64,000 nt of DNA from Camelus ferus (lineage: Eukaryota), in assembly GCF_009834535.1 (NCBI RefSeq), contig NC_045696.1:39434001-39498000 (forward strand), given 5' to 3'. A program made the position numbers and the translations under genes. This document shows, in pieces, positions 1 through 14,245 of this stretch. Below the pieces are notes generated by a model. It was not told the DNA's origin. It saw only the letters and a program-made list of their open reading frames with translations, and did no database searches. Numbering within the stretch: position 1 is the first letter of the stretch; each line of letters starts with the position of its first letter.

Positions 1-392
1 ACCTTGAGCACGTTATGCTAAATAAGTCGGATAGAGAGACAAATACTGCATGATTTCACTTATATGTAGTATCTAAAAAAGTCAATCCTGTAAAAAATGG
101 AGAGTAAAATGACAGTTACTAGGGGATTGGCATGGCAGCTGGGGGGCAGCGATTCTAATTAAGGGTACAAACTTGTAACAAGCAGAGATCTAACGCACAT
201 AGAGACCTAACGCACAGTATATTGAATATAGACAATAATATTGTAGTATAATTATGTAATGTGATAAATACTGTTACAATGGCAATCATTTAAAAATACA
301 TAGATGTATTGAAGTAATACACTCTACATATTAAACATTTGACAATGTTACATATCAAATTTATTAATAAAAATAAATAAATAAAAAAATAA
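1..392 (+). mobile_element. LINE-1 3' end (L1MA-like) with A-rich tail, truncated by window edge
   Basis: Typical L1 3'UTR motifs (atgctaaataagtc...gacaaatactgcatgatttcacttatatg; aagggtacaaact; acaatgttacatatcaaatttatt) ending in aataaaaataaataaataaaaaaat. Confidence 0.8.
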
Positions 393-1329
393 ATATTTAT
401 ACTTCCAGACAATTTTGGATCAAAATGGTAGAAAAAAGGCCTTATCAATCTATGGGGAAATTTTTTGAATAAGAAAAAAAGTGACATCATGGTACATTTC
501 ATGTCATAGCTATAAGCAAAAAATACATATTCATATAAATAGAAACAATGACTATTGATTTAACCAAAGCAGTGATTTAACTTTTCGAGAGGGTAAGGGG
601 AGTGAAAGAGCATTCTTTGAGGAGGGGTGTGGTATAGTGAGAGAGCTCTCTGTTCCTCTCTAGAAACATCTGTACCTGAGAAACTATGAAAGTATAAGCA
701 CATGGCTTATAAGTGTAAGAGCGAACCCAGAAAAAAAGTTAGGAGGGTTGAAAATGGCTGAGGGTTGGAAAGGCAGAAACTGAGGTGAAGGTATAGATGT
801 TATTTTTCATTTTAAGCCATTTAAAATGATCTGAGTTTCCAAAATTCTGTATACAAATCACTTTGATAAAAGTAAAAGATAAATTCTAAAATGCTGGTAA
901 CATTATCTTAAGCTTGAACCTTTTGCTTCTTTCCACTTCCAATGCTTATGATAGAAAATTAAATTAGCATTTTTGAGGAAAGCTATGTTAGTTTCAAACA
1001 TTTGAAATTTCAAGCTTCTTTTGGTCTCTGCATTCATCAAAAATGACAGAAACTCCTTGAGAAAAGTGTATTATTACAAGAAGGGGTAAGAGAATATGCA
1101 CCATAAGTACTAAAGCAGGACCTAAAGAAAAGGTGTGTAATAACTGCTGCATACAAGGAATGAGAGAATTGTTGGCAAAAGATGAAAAATGAGACTTTAG
1201 GCAATGAGAAATGGTAAGACTTTGAAAAATGCCAGAGCTGGCCTGATCCAGCCACTGGTCCTAAGATATTTGCAACTGTAGGTTATACTGGGCCCCTGTG
1301 TGAACAAAACTTATTAACTATCTCACCAC

Positions 1330-2260
1330 AACTTATACTCAGTTATTCATCATTGTATGGCTCCAAAACTTAAAACAACAATCACTATGTTATTATCTCC
1401 CATGGTTTGGAGGGTTGATTGTGCTCACATAGGCAAATTCTTACTCAGTACATGTCATGTAGTTGCAGTCACTTGGTGGCTGGGGCTGGACTCATCTCAA
1501 AGGCTTCTTCACTTGCATGACTGGCCATAGATGCTGGCTGTCAGATGGAATCTAAGCCAACATGTGGCCTCTCCTTGTGATCTGGTGTTAAGGGTTGAAT
1601 TGTGCCCCCTAAAAGGATATTTGTAGTATCCCAGAATGTGGATATATTTGGAAATAGGATCTTAACAGAAGTAATCAAGTTAGAATGAGGTTATTAGAGT
1701 GAGCCCTAATCCAATATGACCAGTGCTCTTTATAAAAAAGGGACACAGGGACAGACGTGCAGAGGGAAGACAATGTAGAGAGATGGGGAGAATGCCATGT
1801 GATGATGGAGAATTGGAGGGACACATCTAAGCCAAGGAACATCAAGGAGTGCTAGAAAACCAGGAGACGGGAAGAGGCAAAGAATGATTCTTTTGTACAG
1901 GTTTCAGAGGGAGTGTTGCTCTGCCAACACCTTGATTTCAAACTTCTAGCCTCCAGATCTGTGAGATGATACATTTCTGTTGTTTTAAGCTACCCTTCTG
2001 AAGTACTTTGCTATGGCAGTCCCAGGAAACAAATACCTGGGTTTCCTTACAGCATGGCTACTGGGTTCCAAGAATGTACCAAGAAGTGCATGACACTTTG
2101 AAGGCCCAGTTTTAGAAGTCACATAAATGCACTTCTGCCTTACTTCAACCTTTGAGGCAGTCACTACATTTTACTCACATTTAAGGAGAGGGAACATAGA
2201 CCCCTTGATGGGAAGAATCAACATCACACTATAAGACGAGCATGTGGAATGAGATATACT
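1330..2260 (-). mobile_element. Old MaLR LTR (MLT1 family), interrupted by a younger MLT1 LTR
   Basis: MLT1-type motifs on both sides of the insert (ccaaaacttaaaacaac...ttattatctc, ggctggggctggactcatctc, catgtggcctctcc | gtttccttacagcatggct, agaagtcacataaatgcacttctgcc). Confidence 0.65.
1586..2036 (+). mobile_element. MLT1B/C-like MaLR solo LTR nested in an older MLT1
   Basis: Starts tgttaagggttgaattgtgcccc, contains gccaacaccttgatttcaaacttctagcctccag, ends ggaaacaaatac; ctgg on both sides. Confidence 0.8.
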
Positions 2261-2519
2261 GAGTTGTGATGGCCAGCACATTTTACACAATTTACAAGAG
2301 TTTAGGAAGAATTGAGAAAGATGTTAGGGCAGGACTGAGGGTACATCAAGGGCTGGGTTTGAAGGGAGAATGTTAAAGATGGCTTAACTCACTTACTCTT
2401 CGTAAAACTTGTTTTTCCCTGGATAAATGTAAGATGGCTGTTGTGAAACAAAAAGCAAAGCAGTGAACTCCTCGGAAGTCCCCTAACTCCCAGGCCCCCA
2501 ATAAGCCAAACTACTATGA

Positions 2520-2650
2520 GATCGGTACACTTATTATCCCCATGTGACAGGTAACAAAGGGAAGCCCAGTATGGCTGAGTCACTTGCTCAGTGCCCCACA
2601 GCAGTATTTGTGTTCTGAACCCCAGGCTAACTACAAAAGCCACATTCTCA
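2520..2650 (-). mobile_element. MIR SINE fragment
   Basis: ttattatccccatgtgacagg...gagtcacttgctcag...gaaccccagg resembles the MIR core in reverse. Confidence 0.5.
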
Positions 2651-3014
2651 GTTATCACACAAGAAATCACTAAAAATTATCCAGAGGATTGCACAGAATA
2701 GTCTAGCCCATGCAGTGCAGAACAACATAGTGCTTTTTAAAAATTAATGTCCTAGATTTAAAAATCAGGAGATTCTTTATAAAAGCAAATTTTAACTTCT
2801 TTTGAAAAACTGGGAGATCTGGCAACAATTAGTTTCTTTATATGCCACCTACCTGGCCTCTCTGAACATTTGAATGTGTAACTTGAGTTACAAAATACTG
2901 CCTCTCATTATACTTCATTATTTCAATACTTACACAAAAACATTTACCAATTTACTATTATAAACTATAAAATATACTGATTTGAACAATTTCTCACTGT
3001 TTCAGGGCACTTTA

Positions 3015-3646
3015 AAAAATTTTTTATTGAAGTATAGCTGATTCAGTTTCAAGTGTACAGCAGAGTGATTCAGTTATATATATATATATGTATCTGTTAT
3101 TTTCCAGATTCTTTTCCATTATAGGTTATTATAAGATATTGAATATAGTTCCCTGTGCTATACAGTACATCTTTGTTGTTTATCTATTTTATATACAGTA
3201 ATGTGTATCTGCTAATCCCAAACTCCTAATTTATCCCTTCCTCCCTCCCTCTTTGGGAACCATAAGATTGTTTTCTATGTCTGTGAATCTGTTGCTGTTT
3301 TATAAATGAGTTCATTTGTATCCTATTTTAGATCCTATAAATAAGTGACATAATATGATATTTGTCTTTCTCTGTATGACTTACTTCACTTAGTATGATT
3401 ATCTCTAGGTTCATCCACATTGCTGCAAATGGCATTATCATTCTCTTTTATGGCTGAGAAATATTCCATTGTATATATAAACTACAACTTCTTTATCCAT
3501 TCCTCTGTTGATGGACAGATGAGTTATTTAGTCCTTAAAAAATAATAGTTACCATATGATCCAGCAATCCCACGTATGGGCATATACCTGGAAAAGATGA
3601 AAGCTCTAATTAGAAAAGACACTTGCACCTCAATGTTCAGAGCAGG
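3015..3646 (-). mobile_element. 5'-truncated LINE-1 with 5' inversion
   Basis: 3015-3525 is an antisense L1 3' end (ttttattgaagtatag...ttccctgtgctatacag...gttgatggaca). 3535-3646 is the adjoining L1 segment in the opposite orientation (ttaccatatgatccagcaatcccac...aatgttcagagcag). Confidence 0.8.
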
Positions 3647-3696
3647 TCATCTTTTATAGCTAAAACAGAGAAAAGAGGAAAAAGGCCCAGAAAAGA

Positions 3697-3720
3697 TAAT
3701 TAATTAATTAATTAATTAAT
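3697..3720. repeat. (TAAT)6 microsatellite
   Basis: taattaattaattaattaattaat read directly. Confidence 0.9.
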
Positions 3721-6700
3721 TTATAGACATATATATAGGGGGTTATAAAAAAGGCAAAAATAACCCACAATAAATAAGCTAAATACGTTACTTCAGTTTT
3801 TAAAAGGAAAATCTTATACAGTAGATAGACAACTGTTGAGATCTAAATTCTTTTTTTTTAAATGGTTTTATTGGGCAGGAGTTTAGGTATGAACTTGATA
3901 GAAACAATAATAAACATAATTCATTTTAAGGAAATATATGTTATCCTTGTATTAAATACAAACTTACTATTACACTTAGTTTAAATCATTTTCATCTCTT
4001 TTTATTATAATTTTGTATTTTGTATTTGTTGATGAATCAATATCAATCCCAGGGAACAGAAAGAACAAAAACTAGTTAGTCTTGTTTAAGGTATTAACAA
4101 GAAAGTAAATTCCCTTTTATAAAAAAAAGGGGGGGACGTGAATTGCTAATGTGAGAGTGTATTACCGAATTAGTGTGCTAATTTTGGAGAAATATGTCAT
4201 TGCATACTGATATGACTTATAGATATATTTTCTTTGATACTCCCTTTAGAAGATAAGGCTAAAAGAACATATATGAAATAAAGAAAAATTGAGATAGAGA
4301 TTCAAAACTTTCTATTAAGAGAAAAAAATTACTGGGAATTAAAAAAAATACAGTTTCATGCAGAGGTATGTATCTGTGTGGAACTCGTTCTTCATAAAAC
4401 CAGAGAGGGAAAATGAGAGGAAACACACCCTGGGACATTCTGATGGGCAGGTTAGGGCATCTAAGAACAGGTACCTAAGCTCACTGATATGTCATCTACA
4501 AAGGAGGGGAGGCAGAAATACATTTAGCATGTTAGCAATAAATCTGGAACATCGACTAAAAGAGTTGCTTGAGGTTGTCACAGTTAGGGACAACAGGACA
4601 GGGAAAAGTGGTTTATTCATCCTGGAAGACAGTTATATAGAGACTAGCTCTATGAGTAGGCAAAGAAATGTAATTTGAGGGGCTCCTAACTATTCTCCTA
4701 GTCAAAATATTTCTTCATCTCCATAGCAACGACATACTCCACCATTAGAATGTTGAGACAAACATGGTGAATAGATTTTATCTTTTCTGCCAAATGAGCA
4801 AGTAAGAGCATGATTGAATGACTAGGGGTATTGTTCATGGATTTAAAAAGGAAGTGCTACACTTCAATATTAAAGAAAACAATATGCGTTGTGTTTTTAG
4901 TGACAGCCTATGTTCCACATGACTTTCATGAAAGTAGGGGTGCAGGCTGCATCCCCAGGGCCTACTGCAATGTCTGGCACCAGCTAGGGTGCTCAAAAAA
5001 CATATTAAGAAACAAAGAACGGCATGAAGGAAGAGAGAAGAATTAGATGCAAAAAATTAGGATTAAAATCTTGAAAGTCCAGGTGTCAAAATGGAAATAA
5101 TTTACAGGACAGTGTGACTCATTATCTCAGTAGCATCAGTCAATTCAAATGCTACTTTACCAGCAGGAAACAGCCCAGAGAAATGAGGTACAAATCTAGA
5201 AAGCCATGACTCTCACACACCAATGCCAAATTATGCCCCAAACATGGTTCCGGGAAGGCCAGGGGTAGCCTGAGGACACCAGGCTGCAGAGGAGGGAGGA
5301 GAGCCCTGAAACAAGTTATCTTCTCGGTGTTACGTCAGCTGAGCTAGGAGTGTGACTCCCTTAAGAACGCATCCCCCAAGAACGCTCAGGTGACAATTTT
5401 ACATTGTCACAAGAAAAGATGTAAGGCTGAAATTTATCTTGACAAGCATTCTTGTAGAGGCAAGCAATGAGCACCAAGGAGATGACATCTCTTAGTCACT
5501 TCAGAAGGGCTTTACCCCAGAGCTAGACATGTGCTCTTGGAGTCTGAGAAACCTAGGGAAGAATATCTGACTCACCCTTGAAAAATCTAAAGCTGTAAGA
5601 GCTTGGCTAGCTGGCTAGAGAGGGCTGAAGCAGTGAAACCACAAGACCCCAGGTCAAATTGGGAGAGACCTGCATTCCCTCCATCCAGGTACCCATTAGC
5701 CGTTCTTGTGTCTCAGGGACTAATGTCTTCCCCACAGAAGGAGCTGACCTGGGGTCCTGGTAACACAGAACCTGGACCACCTGAGAGCACTCTGACCCCA
5801 ACAGAGAGGAACAAGCCTGCCAGGAACCCAGGCATCCGGGGATGGGGGCGGTGGCGAGTGGTAAGCAGACAGCTGGAGGAGAGATCTTGATTTCATGTGT
5901 TAAAAGAATTGCAATCTGAGGTCTGCAGAGGGAGGGTCTCTGAGAAACTCCCTGCAGTGTCCCTTAAAAGAGAAAGTGCAGCAACGTGCGTGGGACTGCT
6001 ATAGCCCCAAGGTCAGAGGACAGCTGGGGCAGCCACAGAACACTGTACTTGTTCGTCTCTTCCTCAGGTTTGACCATAGAGGAGTCACTGTCCATGTAGG
6101 ACTAAGTGAGGACAGAGAGAAGCTGCCAGAGGCAAGACTAAGCTAAGAGAGAAAGGAGTTTTAACTTTGAATAATGTTTTAGTTTTAATATTTCACTAAC
6201 TGGTCTGGAGTGTGATTATCAGACTGGACTGAAGTTTTTCATATCGCTGTCAAAAAGAACTACTTCATTAATTATTAAGTAACCCCAAAACCTACCTTAG
6301 ATTTTATTGAGGTATGGGAAGAACAGATCCATGCAGTTTAAATGAAGCAATGACAAATAGAATCACTCTCACACTTGGACTTTACTGCCTCCCACATTCA
6401 GGCACTTCAGCCTTCTGTAAACATATAAGGGAGAACTAACCCAGGACAGATGGTCAGGAAAAATTTTGCTAAAGAAAATATTAAGCTTTGATTGGAAAAA
6501 CACATAGGAGTTCTTCTAACCAAGGTAACATAATAACAAAAAACTTTAAACATTTTCTAGTACAAGCACTTCATATGAAACGTGCAAAAAATCAAAAAGC
6601 CTAAGTGATTGAGTTAAATCGTACATGTGGCATCACAACTGACAAAGGCTGAGCCCACTGTCTTTCTAACAATCTGCTGAGAAGAGAAAGAATTCTATTT

Positions 6701-6729
6701 CTTGCTTTCGAATGTTGCTTTCAAAATAT

Positions 6730-6885
6730 AGTTTTCAAACATAGCTACCCACTGGAATCACTTGGAAAGGTTTAAAAAAAATCATAGTGACCTGGCCACA
6801 CCCCAGACCAACTAAATCAGAATCTCTAGCATTTTCTAAAGTTCTCCAGACAACTCCAATGTGCAGCCTAGGCTGAGAACCACCC
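6730..6885. mobile_element. MER5-like hAT-Charlie MITE
   Basis: ggaatcacttggaaaggtttaaaa...ccccagaccaactaaatcagaatctct...aatgtgcagcctaggctgagaaccac. Confidence 0.7.
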
Positions 6886-6939
6886 CGTGGGCTGGCCAGG
6901 TCATGGTGGGTAACCTCATCCACTCTTAATGCAGCCAGT

Positions 6940-7125
6940 CATAAGCATTTTTGAGTGGTTACCTCATGCTGAGCAATTTACACAATCCTCATGGACAGCT
7001 CTGTGAGGCAGGTGTGATGCTCATAGCATCTCACAGATGGGAAAAGTGGGACTTGGAAGGGCGAAGTGACAGACCCAGGATTACAAAACTAGTATTCTGT
7101 CTCCTGACTGAATACTTAACCACTG
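6940..7125 (-). mobile_element. MIR SINE
   Basis: aatcctcatggacagctctgtgaggcagg...cacagatgggaaaagtggg...cttaaccactg. Confidence 0.6.
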
Positions 7126-10100
7126 TACACTTTGTTGTTTTTTTTGTGGGGGCCATGCTCCCAGCAATCTCTCTGACCAGTTAATACATTTTTTCTTTTG
7201 TAGTGAGAAGAATGTAAGTGTTGGAGAAACTGGAAGAGTTCATTCCAATAGGCCTTCCTTAAAAAGAACATAAACACCTTCCATGGAAGTTGAGGAGGAA
7301 GAATACTAACTTTTACAGACATTTAAAAACTATGTGTGTGGCAAAGTAATAAATCAACAGTCAGAGGTGGTTAACTATCAAGAAGCCAAAGTCAAAGCAA
7401 TTTTTTAAACAGAATCAGCTTATTAGTTTGAGCAGCCCTCCTTGATATCTTGAGCCTGAGACTAAGAAAACTGGATGGCACAGTTTTGCTGTGATGATAA
7501 GGCTAAGGACTGTGAAGGAAGGTGCCATGGGAGAGCATGACTTGAAGCTGCTTGTCAACATACCAGTGACAATACAAGCTGAGCAGAGAAAAACAATAAG
7601 AGGCTAGAAGACTGGGAGGGGCTGAAAGGCTATAGGAAAGGTGAGAAGTTCACATCCTGAGTCAGAAGATGAAAGGGGATGCATTACCACTAAGTCAAAT
7701 ATTTTAAAAGGTGAAGACAAAACAGAAAGAGAATTACCTCTCTCCTTATCTCATTTTTTAAAACTTTGCAAAAGTAGAAAGTAATATAAGTTGGATCTTG
7801 CTTTATACAAGTTTGTAAACTTTAATATGTCAAATAATCTATTAATTTTGCTAATAGAAATTTTAGCACTGAAGAGGATTTAAATGACGGGAACTTCTAG
7901 AGAGCAAGTAACTCTTCTAATTTACTCTTTTTGCAATTTAGAATTTTCACATAATGAACTTACAGGACACTGGCACATAATTTGATCCAAGGGAAAAACA
8001 TATCTCATTACAATAGTGTGTTGGAACACCTGATGAGCGAAAGAAAAAGAATTCCTATACATAGATGTGTTTCCTTGTTTTATTCCTCTCTTTTCAAGGT
8101 ATGAATCATTATTCTCTTATGAGCAGAAAGGAGGACAAGCAATTTCACCCATTTGTGTCAGGACAGAGCTGCATGGAGCTTACAAAATAACAATTTGCAT
8201 TTTTAGAACTGTATCCATTACCTACTCCTTTAGCTGCTGGGAAACTTTTCGAAGTGTTGCAACTGGCAAAATCAGGTTAATTCAACAAGGTTGTTTTCAT
8301 CTCTGGTGAAAAGCTTGCATGAGGGTTGCATTTTAAAATGTCCTCACACTGTTTTATCGTCAATTGAAGATGACTGAATCTATGTTATGTTTTTACAGTA
8401 CCAGGCTATAATTTGGTGATGTCTCTGAAATGGAAAAACAATTAAACCTAAATTGATCTGTTGTATGGTCACCTCCTTCTCACCAGAGTCACTAAATCAG
8501 TTCACCTATGACTTGTCAACTCTGTCCTCCCCGCCATCCCATACACACATGAATATTTAGACCAGGCAGAACTTTTAACATGTTACTATGAAATTACTAA
8601 ATTCTTGAGACCCTAGTGTATCATGACCTAGATAGTAGGCACACAAAACTAATTGAACAAATAAATTCTGCCTTTTTTGTTATATCAACTTTTACTGTGT
8701 TGATGGCTATCTCTAAGAAATTCTGAAATGAGTTTTTGCTGAAAAGGATGTAGAAAATATTTACTCACATCATGTAATGAGATTAGGAACCATAAAATTA
8801 AGATCTTAAAACACATTTCTTAAGTTGTCATAAAATTCATGTTGTGAAAAATCTGAAAATTATTTTTTTACTTTGGAGGTTGCTTTCAAAAACTTAGTGT
8901 AAAGAGATTAACAGGATGTTATTGCCACTGGTTTTATGTATTAGTTTAATCAAAAATGATCAGATAGCAGTAATTTCATATGGTTCTACCTGATTAGAAT
9001 CATTAGACAGCTGATAACTGTAATATAAAACAACAAATGGTATAATGTAGCCCTATGTCATTCCAAAGAGAAGTCTTTGCAGGAGAGAATGACTTCAGCT
9101 ACTCTGAAATACGCTTAAACTACAACACATATTCAGCACCAGGGTTTATGGTGCTAGCTCTTCATATTTAAGGATGCTACTGGTGAGGCTCAGAAGTTGG
9201 ATTCTGACTGGGCTTCCTCAGTGCACATCAGACGGGTGTCACAGGGACAGTCACAGATAACTTTGGGGTAACAAGAGGCAGGGACATTGTTTAAAATAAA
9301 TAACTTCTGAATCCAAAAATGTCATGTTGGTCAATCACTTAAAAATCCCATTCCCAAAAGTATGCTGTGCTTGATCACTTAGCTTCTCTACCTTCCACAG
9401 AAAGTGCTGAGAGGCAATAAAACTTTAAGAACTAGGAAGAGGTAGGAAACTGAGTAACCAGCCATTTCACAGGCAATAATTGGCTACAGAGTAAAACTGG
9501 CTTTGTTGTAAGTCAGAAACTGACTCGATCATTTCTTTAATATAGAACATAATCACCCACAGTCATTAAATGACTTTATGAAAAAATAGGCACACTAAGT
9601 ATGATACAGAATGATCACAAAACTACTTTCAAAACATGTTTTAAAACTCTGAAACGTAAGAGATAGTCTCTTATTTTCTAATGGGGGCAAGGAGATCCCA
9701 CATTTTCTGGAAGGTAAAACACAGATCAAAACACTGGACATAAAGGTAGGCCTGTAGATCAACAATGAATTTTCCACAGAAAATCACAGAAATCCTCATT
9801 CAGAATCCTGTACTATCCTTATCCTAGGGTACTGAGATTTAATCAACTCAGACACTATACACAATTCTGAGTCTCTTCTCATTTTTTATTTTATTTTTTA
9901 AAAAAGACAGATTTAGGATATTGTAAGAAATTACTAAGTTACATTTTTTTTTAAAATCTGTCAAGTACTACAGTAATGGAATAAATAAATAAGATTTTTT
10001 AAGTTCAATGTTTATAGACATATTTATAAAAAAAATGACTGAATTAGAAGACATTAAATAATGTTGATACACACCAGGAAGGGATTAGGCAAGGAAAGGC

Positions 10101-10464
10101 ACATCATTTCACCACAAGAAATAAAGACCATACTTGGAAGTCGGTGACCAGCCAAAGCTTTAGGTCTTGTGGTAGTTTTCCTAGCTCCACAGGGTCATTA
10201 TGGTTGAACTTTCTTTATGGTACTTAGCTGAAATAAATAGATAGCAGTTGGAGAATTTTACTCTGTGACCCTAATGTAATGTTAAAAACAAAGCACTCTT
10301 TTAATAAGCCTGGTGTGTGAAGAGGGAAGGAACAAAAATCCAAAATGGTTGGTGATACTGAAAATCCTATTGACATATTAAGGAGAGTTAAAAAAAAAAA
10401 AAAAGTGTCTGGCTGAATTGGAATTCTTGCAATTACAAAGTTAAAATTCCATGTAAACACTTCC

Positions 10465-10470
10465 TTTATT
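10465..10470 (-). terminator. Candidate polyadenylation signal in the CLDND1 3'UTR (others at 9885-9895)
   Basis: AATAAA on the minus strand about 580 nt after the canonical stop; usage cannot be shown from sequence. Confidence 0.3.
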
Positions 10471-11051
10471 GTAAACAGACACAGTGTAGATAAACAACTG
10501 CCATATTTCACCTCAGATGAAGCTATATGCCAATATTTAGGGAAAAAGATCTTAGGTAATTTCCCTATTTCAGATAGTCTAAGTCCTTGAAAATACACCA
10601 ATACCTCTGGTTGACTGGCTATCCACAGTAGCAAAATGAATATAAGTTTTGACAATTTATAGGGGTCTCAAAGAATCTTAAGAGTTTCCAGTTGAACAGA
10701 TACAGTTACTTTACTGAAAAGTCAACAGACATCAGCAGAACTCACTTTGGGTCACTCTTCCACTACCAATTTTCTTTCCCAAATCTGTGCCAAGTGTCTA
10801 TTCATTTTTTTCTGTCTGGATTTTGAACCTAGATTAGTTTGCCTGAAAGATGGAATCCCTCAGGTTCCCATATAAATTTCAGTGGTATTAAGGAACAACC
10901 ATCTGTATGAATAAATAAAACGGATTTTCAGGATAAAATGGTATACCCACAAAAAAAAAAGTTAAATTAAAAACAATTAGGGGCAGATAAGGGGAAAACA
11001 TTAATATCAAAAATCATAAAAATGGCAATGCTAAAGCAGGCAGCTTCCCAC

Positions 11052-11573
<522 letters not shown>

Positions 11574-11729
11574 TTATCATGATTTCAGCTTTTCCACAAT
11601 GGCAATTTCTTTCATATTCTAATTAGAGCTTTTCTCAAAAAGTGAGGAGTACTTTAGCAATTAGGTTTTTTCCTAAAGCATACTGTTCAAAACTATGCCA
11701 ACTTTGTCCTGATAAAAGTAAAAGGACAC

Positions 11730-11950
11730 TAACAGTTAACTGCTACTGAGGACCTACTATGTATCAGGCAGTGTTCTACACATGCTTTGTGTATTAATCC
11801 TCCCAACATCCCCATGAAGTAGGTACTAGTACTATTATCTCCATTTTATAAATGTGGAAACTGAAACAAGAGGTATAAATAACTTGTACAAGGTAACACA
11901 GTAAGTGGTAGAACCAGATTTGAAGCAGAGCATTCTGGTTCTACATACAA
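11730..11950 (-). mobile_element. MIR SINE in CLDND1 intron
   Basis: cctactatgtatcaggcagtgttcta...tattatctccattttataaatgtggaaactga...taacttgtacaaggtaacacag. Confidence 0.75.
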
Positions 11951-12783
11951 ACAAGTCTAAGTCCTTACAGGATCTCAAGGTAGGAATAACAAGTAAATGA
12001 ATAGTGATTATAAAAGACCTGTCAAAAGAATATACATAAAGCATAAAGCAGAGGATCTAGTATGCACCAGACACTCAGTAAGTCATAGTTTTAATTATTA
12101 TAAATTCCCTCAACAACATGGGAAAAAAGCTGATGACTTTACAAAGCATCCCATTACATTTTCAGATTATTTTAATTAGAGGAGTGTAGTAGTATCAACT
12201 CTAAACCAACTTTTACCTTTTAGTGCTAGTTTTACTTTCTGAAACCAGATAAAAGTCTTTTCTCTAACTTCCCTTCAAGCTCTGTTAGTAATAAAATTCT
12301 TTCTATGTATTCATAATGCAAAGTTGAATACCTGCCACTTAATCAATGTTACCTTTCATGACATGGTCATTCTTGTAGGGCAAGCTCCTGTAACTCCCCA
12401 CAGCCTAGAAACTAGGTTCAAATCTGAAGACAGTATTTCCTAGGCAGCCTGACCATCAAGGAATAGAATGCTCCTAACACTTAGGTGACTCATAAAGCTT
12501 GCAGTCAACTGTTTTCACATATCCCTATCTGAACTCAGATAAATTAAGTGTTTAACTCAAATACAGAAATTTATTACTTATCTCTATTAAATTTCCCCCT
12601 TAAATGGGCCCATTAATAACATCTTATAGAGGGTCTGGATTCTGTCATCCAATGTATTAGCTGCTCAACTTCGTATTTGTGATTTGTTATGTATCTAATG
12701 TCTAAAATATGTTATCAACAGAACAGAGTTTATTGGGATAATGCTAGAGACCTTATTTCAAGTTGACACACTGAACTAACTCA

Positions 12784-13020
<237 letters not shown>

Positions 13021-13299
13021 TTATAAACATTTAACAAAAATCTCTTTCACTAATTGCCCTCTGAAATAGAAAGTGGTATGGAAAAATGTTCTCAGGGAGA
13101 CAGCAACCTCTATGGCCCCACGTGATACACAGGATTCACCAATGCCCAATGGACCAGTGGACCTCAGCAGTAGGCTTAAGACATGGACACAAGAAGGAAG
13201 AAAAACATTATGAGTAGTAAAATAAATGAGACTAGATATGTAAGAAGACTAGGAAGAAAAAGGAGGGGCCAAAGACTGAAATAAACAGAAACTTTGATG

Positions 13300-14245
13300 A
13301 TCTCCCCGAAACGGACTCCCTCAGCCATGTTCCCCATCTCAGGTAATGACACTTCCATCCTTCTAGTTCCTCAGCCCAGAAACTTTAGAGTCCTTCTTGC
13401 CCATATGCCTTCCACTAGGAAATCCTAGAGGCTCTACCTTCAAAATATATCTAGAATTCAAGCACTGCTGAGTACTACCGCCCTGGTCTGAGTCACAATC
13501 ACCACTCACAACCACCACCTGAATTGACACAGTAGCCTCCTGACTATCTCCTGGCTTCCACTTTTACCAACTACCTGTTTTCAACACATCCACCTGGGTG
13601 GCCTAATTATCTTACTTCTGCTCAAAGGCCCCCCCATGGCTCCACCACATTCAGAGTGAAAACCAAATTCCTTGTCATGCCTAGAGAATCCTACATGATC
13701 TGTCCAACTCCCACTCTGTGAATATGTCTCTGGCAGCATATCCAACTCTCTCATCTCCTTCCCTTCTCAGCCCACTGCCTTCCTTGCTGGTTCTGGAATA
13801 TTTCAGGCATGCTTCCACCACGAGGACTTTGCAGTAGTCATCCCTTCCAACCTACATGATTCTCCCTGCCGCCACAATTACCTGCATGGCCAACTCCTTC
13901 ACCTGTATCAAGTCTTTTACTCAAGTGGTGTCTTCTTGTTGAAGCCTATCCTGCCTATACTAACAAATCGTGTAATTCACACCTACTAACATCCCCTTTC
14001 CTACATATTTCCAAGTCCCCTTTATCTTCTTGTATTTTTCAAAGCACATGTCATCTTCTACTATATAATTATTTATTCTGTTTACACTGTTATAATTATT
14101 TATTCTGTTTATTGCCCGTTAGTCTTTATTAGAATGTTAGCTCCACAGAAGCAGGGATTTTGGGTTTTTTTCCCTAATGTACTCCAGACTCCTAGAACCT
14201 GGATCACGAAGGCATGTAAAAAATGTTTGTTGACTAAACGAGTGA
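13300..14245 (+). mobile_element. LINE-2 remnant in CLDND1 intron
   Basis: ttccccatctcaggtaatg, ctctaccttcaaaatatatctagaat, ttagaatgttagctccacagaagcaggga and aaatgtttgttgactaa (L2 3' end). Confidence 0.75.

Noticed and set aside
5170..6375. GC-richer block that may be an ancient LTR or exon
   Set aside because: I could not assign termini, family or a spliced reading frame with confidence.
1..9800. Olfactory receptor gene expected beyond the CLDND1 3' end by human synteny
   Set aside because: No OR motifs (e.g. MAYDRY, PMLNP) in the ORF track or recognisable by eye.
10224..10655. 143-aa minus-strand ORF
   Set aside because: Lies in the CLDND1 3'UTR, has a non-ATG start, crosses a long homopolymer and shows no recognisable homology.
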